Below are positions 59,625 through 64,000 of a stretch of 64,000 nt of DNA, one piece after another. Numbering within the stretch: position 1 is the first letter of the stretch; every line of letters starts with the position of its first letter. The position numbers and the translations under genes were made by a program. The notes beneath the pieces are model-generated. The model did no database searches, was not told the DNA's origin, and saw only the letters and a program-made list of their open reading frames with translations. This stretch comes from Candidatus Poribacteria bacterium (GTDB taxonomy: Bacteria; Poribacteria; WGA-4E; WGA-3G). Location: positions 288,001 to 352,000 of the forward strand of contig OZ242029.1 of assembly GCA_965205015.1 (NCBI GenBank), in the 5' to 3' direction.

Positions 59625-61553
59625 TCAATGCCATACAATATACGTCGGTATCTCCAGCACCAATCCGATGAGGCTCCAGACACATCCGAGTGTATAATCC
59701 CCCAAGATTAGCCCCAAAAAGAAGGGTATCGCTTGTCGGTAGAGTTTCACACCGCCGATCTTCAGCACGATCGCCTTCGCTAACCAACCCAAGAAGATTG
59801 TAAACCATAACCTCCCCATCCCCGTGCCACTGACCAACACATAACCACCAGGGTGTAGGGGCCACCAGAGAAACCGGATCTTCATCATCATCAGGAAGAT
59901 CGTGAACAGGAAACTCCCACCGATAACACCGAGTTCCGGCACCCCCGTTTCCCGCGGACTGACAAGCCATGTTTGCAAGCGGTTGAACGTCTCCCACCCC
60001 ATATAGACGATCCAGCCGCGCGCCTTGCTCGCCGCACCCATATCGTAGAGGACGTGCAGATACGCCCAAAACGTTATCAGGATACCGAACACAATCGCCA
60101 AGATCATACCGATGAGCAACTGCCGATACCCGATTTGGCTCCGTTCTGCCAGACGAAACGCCTCCAGCTCACTCGGTGTCGGATGCGCACGGAAACAGCG
60201 GACAAACGGATAGAGGAACGTCAAGCCCATCAGGTTGGATGCCCCGAGACGGCGTGTGCCTAACGCCAACACCATCGTCCTGCCCGGATCAACAAGGATG
60301 AGTTGATGCAGTGGGGGACCAATTTCAGCGCGAACACGGGTGATACCGATAATCATCGGAAAGTAGAACAGGAAAAAGAGTCCGATCGCCCAGAAGGTCA
60401 TCCCCATCTGAAAACAGAAGAAGAACAAGCACAACAACCCGACCGTGAACAGTCCCGCTGCCGTCCGGTAACGCATCGGTTCCCCAGAATCGTCGGGTGG
60501 CGATTCACCACGCCGTTGCGCGATCCCGAAAACTTTACGAAGAATCCGTCCATAGTGCCGTCGTCCCATCCACAACGGGATGCATCCGAACGCAAGCCAC
60601 GCCCCCGTCTGCTGTTCAAACCGATAGATATCGCGGGCACCGAGTATATCCGTCACTATCATCTGAAGGCGGGTCAGTAACCAGAAGAACCAGCACGAAA
60701 ACGAGAGATCCAGCGGCGTGAAAAACATCAGCCCGATGCTAAATGGATAGAGGGAGATGCGAATCGGTCCCATCGCACTCCACGGCTTTGAACTGAATTG
60801 TCCAAGGACTCTGTTTCTGATAGGGAGGGAGGGGATCTCTGGAAACAGGAAACTCAGTCCATTCAGCAGTTCTGCGCTCCCCGCAATCGCGAAGCCGAGC
60901 CACATCCACGGCGAAGTAAAAAAGCGTTTCGGGTTACTCGTGAGCGCCAGCGGGAGTTGGACGATCGGATAGTTCAGCCGTTCGTTTTCCGTCCACTGTC
61001 TACGGAGAAAGACCGTCACCGCTAATAACGCCAGCCAGAGGGCGATAACAAAACTCGACCACGCCAGCACCGGCGGCATCCATGCGTTCAGCGTAGCAGA
61101 ATCATAGAGCGTAGCATCGCCGTTGTAGAATCCGTCTAAGATACGTGCGCTTTTGATTGCGATCCAACTGGGGATACTATTTCCAAAGAGCGATAACCAT
61201 TCATTTTCGGGGGTTGCGAACTGAAATGTATGCGTGAGGACGGGGATGAGGTATCCCATCATCGTATGCCCACTGATCGTCGATACCATCACCACCATCA
61301 CATAGATGGTTTGCAAATCCGCTTCCGACATCGCCAGACGCGGCATAAATCGCTGGAGCAGTAAATTGACAAGCACGAAGACGAGGAGGGTGAAAACGGC
61401 GTTGAAGAACAGCGAAGCGATCGTCAGTTGCGTAGAGTGCCATACCTCGGTCCCCATCAGGCACCAGTAGCTATTAAAAGCGACGAGCGCCAACCCAATC
61501 AATAGAATATGCGGTTTAACAAGGTTCCTTTTCCCGTTTCCGTTGGTTTCCAT
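59625..61553 (-). CDS. DUF6785/DUF6784-type membrane protein, paralog 3
   Basis: Colinear and highly similar to 55538-57463. Confidence 0.75.
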   Translation of the reverse strand: METNGNGKRNLVKPHILLIGLALVAFNSYWCLMGTEVWHSTQLTIASLFFNAVFTLLVFVLVNLLLQRFMPRLAMSEADLQTIYVMVVMVSTISGHTMMGYLIPVLTHTFQFATPENEWLSLFGNSIPSWIAIKSARILDGFYNGDATLYDSATLNAWMPPVLAWSSFVIALWLALLAVTVFLRRQWTENERLNYPIVQLPLALTSNPKRFFTSPWMWLGFAIAGSAELLNGLSFLFPEIPSLPIRNRVLGQFSSKPWSAMGPIRISLYPFSIGLMFFTPLDLSFSCWFFWLLTRLQMIVTDILGARDIYRFEQQTGAWLAFGCIPLWMGRRHYGRILRKVFGIAQRRGESPPDDSGEPMRYRTAAGLFTVGLLCLFFFCFQMGMTFWAIGLFFLFYFPMIIGITRVRAEIGPPLHQLILVDPGRTMVLALGTRRLGASNLMGLTFLYPFVRCFRAHPTPSELEAFRLAERSQIGYRQLLIGMILAIVFGILITFWAYLHVLYDMGAASKARGWIVYMGWETFNRLQTWLVSPRETGVPELGVIGGSFLFTIFLMMMKIRFLWWPLHPGGYVLVSGTGMGRLWFTIFLGWLAKAIVLKIGGVKLYRQAIPFFLGLILGDYTLGCVWSLIGLVLEIPTYIVWH

Positions 61554-61593
61554 TCCCGTTCCTGCCGATGTGCTTCAGTACAAGTTTACGCCT

Positions 61594-61622
61594 ATTATAC
61601 TGCGATTTGGGTAAGTTTTCAA
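61594..61622 (-). promoter_or_regulatory. Sigma70 promoter of DUF6785 paralog 3
   Basis: TTGAAA-17-TATAAT. Confidence 0.7.
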
Positions 61623-61641
61623 GCGGAGATGTGTTATAAGC

Positions 61642-62988
61642 CAGGGGTATTCAGTTTTCGGTTTTTTCGTAATATTTTTCACATCTGTTAATATTATAAA
61701 ATAAACAGATACAGCGTGACTTTTCCCGCTGTATCTGCTATACTTCACCGTAAAAAACCATCACATTTTTTGAGGTGAATCATGACAAGAAGTTCCTCTT
61801 GCCACTTACTTGACATATTAGCAGAAGTTCCGGATCCACGCCATAAAAAAGGGAAACGCTACAACTTGGGGTCTATCCTTGCGCTGCTCGTCATCGGTGT
61901 AATGTCGAATCATAAAGGGTATACGTCTATAGCGACTTGGGCACGGCATCAAGGGGCCCTGGCAAAAGCGTTAGGTTTCAAATCAGAGAAGACCCCGTGT
62001 GCTGGAACGCTTCATAATCTTTTGAAGCGTCTTGACGTCGTGAGTCTCGAAGCCTTACTCACGAAATGGGTGTTTTCAAAACTTGAAAGTCTTCAAGTTT
62101 TGAAAACACAGGATTTACAAGGGGTGGCGATAGATGGCAAAGAGTTATGTGGCTCCAAAGACCCAGAAACCCGATACCGCACACATTTACTCTCCGCTGT
62201 CTCTCATGAGTTAGGGATTACCCTTACACAGCGGGCTGTCAGTGGAAAAACAAATGAGATCCCCATCTCAACGCAACTTCTGAAAACCTTTGATGTCACC
62301 GGGAAAGTCATAACAACAGATGCACTTTTGACCCAAAGAACCTTTTGTAAAGAGGTTCTCAAATATCACGCAAACTATGCAATGCCCGTCAAAGAGAATC
62401 ACAAACAGATGTATCACGACATTCGCGAACTCTTTGAACCGCTTTCGGAGACAGACACACCACACGTCCAAGCACGACGGTTTCAGAACCTACACACCGA
62501 GGCAGACGCACACCTTGATACCCACACAGACGTTGAAACATCACACGGGTTTATCACCACACGCACGCTAACAGCAAGCACACTCTTGACGGATTATATC
62601 AACTGGCCAGGACTCGCACAAGTGTATCAATACCAATCCAAGCGGGAGAATACCAAAACAGGCAAGACTACCTACCAGACGCAGTATGGCATCACGAGTC
62701 TTACACCACAAGACGCATCCGCAGAAACTTTGCTCAAACTCCGACGCCAACACTGGACGATAGAAAACAAAGTCCATTGGGTGCGAGATGTCGTCCTCGG
62801 GGAGGACGCTTCACAAGCAAGAACAGGGAGACTCCCACAAGTCATGGCTGCCCTACGCAACACTGCCCTGGCTCTCTTACGCTTTGACGGACACACAAAA
62901 ATTGCGGAAACACTGCGATTTTTCGCTGCAAAACCTAAACTCGCAGTTAAACTCATACAGTGACAAAACTTAAAACTAAATACCCCTG
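61642..62988 (+). mobile_element. Complete ISAs1-family insertion sequence
   Basis: IRs CAGGGGTATTCAGTTTT / AAAACTAAATACCCCTG; 10-bp TSD TGTTATAAGC. Confidence 0.92.
61782..62963 (+). CDS. ISAs1 transposase
   Basis: VPDPR, AIDGK, KTNEI, TTDALLTQ, RQHWTIENKVHWVRDVVLGED. Confidence 0.95.
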   Translation: MTRSSSCHLLDILAEVPDPRHKKGKRYNLGSILALLVIGVMSNHKGYTSIATWARHQGALAKALGFKSEKTPCAGTLHNLLKRLDVVSLEALLTKWVFSKLESLQVLKTQDLQGVAIDGKELCGSKDPETRYRTHLLSAVSHELGITLTQRAVSGKTNEIPISTQLLKTFDVTGKVITTDALLTQRTFCKEVLKYHANYAMPVKENHKQMYHDIRELFEPLSETDTPHVQARRFQNLHTEADAHLDTHTDVETSHGFITTRTLTASTLLTDYINWPGLAQVYQYQSKRENTKTGKTTYQTQYGITSLTPQDASAETLLKLRRQHWTIENKVHWVRDVVLGEDASQARTGRLPQVMAALRNTALALLRFDGHTKIAETLRFFAAKPKLAVKLIQ

Positions 62989-63389
62989 TGTTATAAGCCA
63001 TCAGCATTCAGCAGTTATCGGTTAGTAACGTCGCGAGCAAAGAGATGTGGCGTGTTTCAGCAATTGTCTGAATCGCGGATTTACGCGGATGACACGGATT
63101 TCGCGGATTTTTTATGCGTGGATGGGTCGTTATCTGAATCAGGATTTTAGGATTGGCAGGATTACAAATGTATCGGATTTTGTTAGCGTGTGCCGGATAG
63201 AGATCCTTTAGTTTTCACGGAGGCTTCACGGAGGTTTTTTCGACGTAGGTGTGACGTGGGTTCCCAAGGGTCAATATGCGGTCCCTCCGTGAAGAAACAG
63301 ACGTGAAATTATAATTAACTTTTAGTATTAGTGTTTTTGGAACTAAATGCTTCTACTTTTTTATTTTTGGCTATTCGACCTAAGTGGGA

Positions 63390-63482
63390 CAGGACTTACG
63401 CAGCCCCTTTTGCAGGCAGGGTTTGAAACCTCGCCAGCAGTGTGTAGAATATAGGTTTTCATGGAAAAATGCGTAAGTCCTA
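63390..63482. mobile_element. 93-bp MITE, copy B
   Basis: TIRs CAGGACTTACGCA / TGCGTAAGTCCTA; 5-bp TSD TGGGA. Confidence 0.88.
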
Positions 63483-63670
63483 TGGGATATAAACAATTCG
63501 GTTCAGGAATTCATCTTCACGCGATGCTCCTGCAATAAGGATAAGATCCTCAAGAACCACGCGCATGGGTGCATTGAGATCAATTGTGATAATACCGGGT
63601 ATAGAACGCCCTTCTGCTAAGTGGTCGGCAAGATGCCGAGGCATACTTCTCCGATTGTTCGTCACCAAGG
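63480..63670 (-). pseudogene. DUF5615 (PIN-like) gene 3' fragment, cut by the tnpB element and the MITE
   Basis: LVTNNRRSMPRHLADHLAEGRSIPGII...IVYIP resembles DUF5615 PIN-like proteins. Confidence 0.6.
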
Positions 63671-64000
63671 TGATAGACCCAAGTCTAAAGACTTGGACTT
63701 CTGCAATCGTTATGCAGAAGCATTTGTGGATTTCAGAATCGGATGGTTGGATTCAACGGAGCAGCCTACGATCTTGTCAAACAAAACAATAGGACTTACA
63801 ACCCCTAAGCCAAAGGAAGCTATCCCTTCCTTAAGAATATTCAGCGCAGCGTTCTCGTCGCGGTCAAGGTGCGTATCGCAACTCGGACACCTCCAAGAAC
63901 GATCTGCTAACGTGAGGTTTTGATTTTTATGTCCACAAACACAACAGGCTTTGGTCGTCGGAGACCACCGATTGATTTTCAGCACGGAGCGAATACGCTT
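63671..64000 (-). mobile_element. Right end of IS200/IS605-family element, with omega RNA region
   Basis: Subterminal hairpin CCAAGTCTTTAGACTTGG and terminal TATCA on the minus strand, directly after tnpB. Confidence 0.7.
63710..64000 (-). CDS. tnpB: TnpB RNA-guided endonuclease, C-terminal part (window-truncated)
   Basis: PTTKACCVCG, WRCPSCDTHLDRDENAALNI (zinc finger plus RuvC-III). Confidence 0.92.
   Translation of the reverse strand, partial: KRIRSVLKINRWSPTTKACCVCGHKNQNLTLADRSWRCPSCDTHLDRDENAALNILKEGIASFGLGVVSPIVLFDKIVGCSVESNHPILKSTNASA

Noticed and set aside
1-64000. tRNA, rRNA or integrase-defined prophage
   Set aside because: None recognised by eye; tRNAscan/Infernal were not run, so small RNAs may be missed

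Overview
Bacterial chromosomal window, most likely Candidatus Poribacteria or a related sponge symbiont. This is inferred from dockerin/FlgD-tailed LRR and WD40 proteins, expanded DUF6785/6784-type membrane proteins and an archaeal-type phosphopantothenate synthetase. Left part (1-33 kb, + strand): cysteine desulfurase, a sigma54-driven DUF4159 gene, a probable hydroxyproline catabolic cluster, two secreted metzincins with LRR or WD40 repeats, a heme-c/copper monooxygenase fusion, yitJ, a sigma factor, and an assimilatory nitrate cluster (nasT-nirA-narK-nasA) with readable sigma54, NtrC-like and ANTAR signals. Middle (33-46 kb): an AT-richer accessory island with an IS4/IS701-like element nested in a defective IS3, phage-like remnants, an orphan hicB fragment and a sacsin-like ATPase/DUF3883 nuclease. 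Right part: gnd, an ABC exporter pair, a duplicated promoter-(pps)-DUF6785 unit, a complete ISAs1, a MITE and the 3' end of a tnpB element. The most notable unexplained signals are small repeats. A leader element ending CCGCAAGGAAAATTAAAAA-ATG sits at the start of six unrelated genes. A 93-bp MITE with 5-bp TSDs occurs twice. A palindrome related to that MITE is inserted in-frame inside pps. All calls are by eye, with no database searches.
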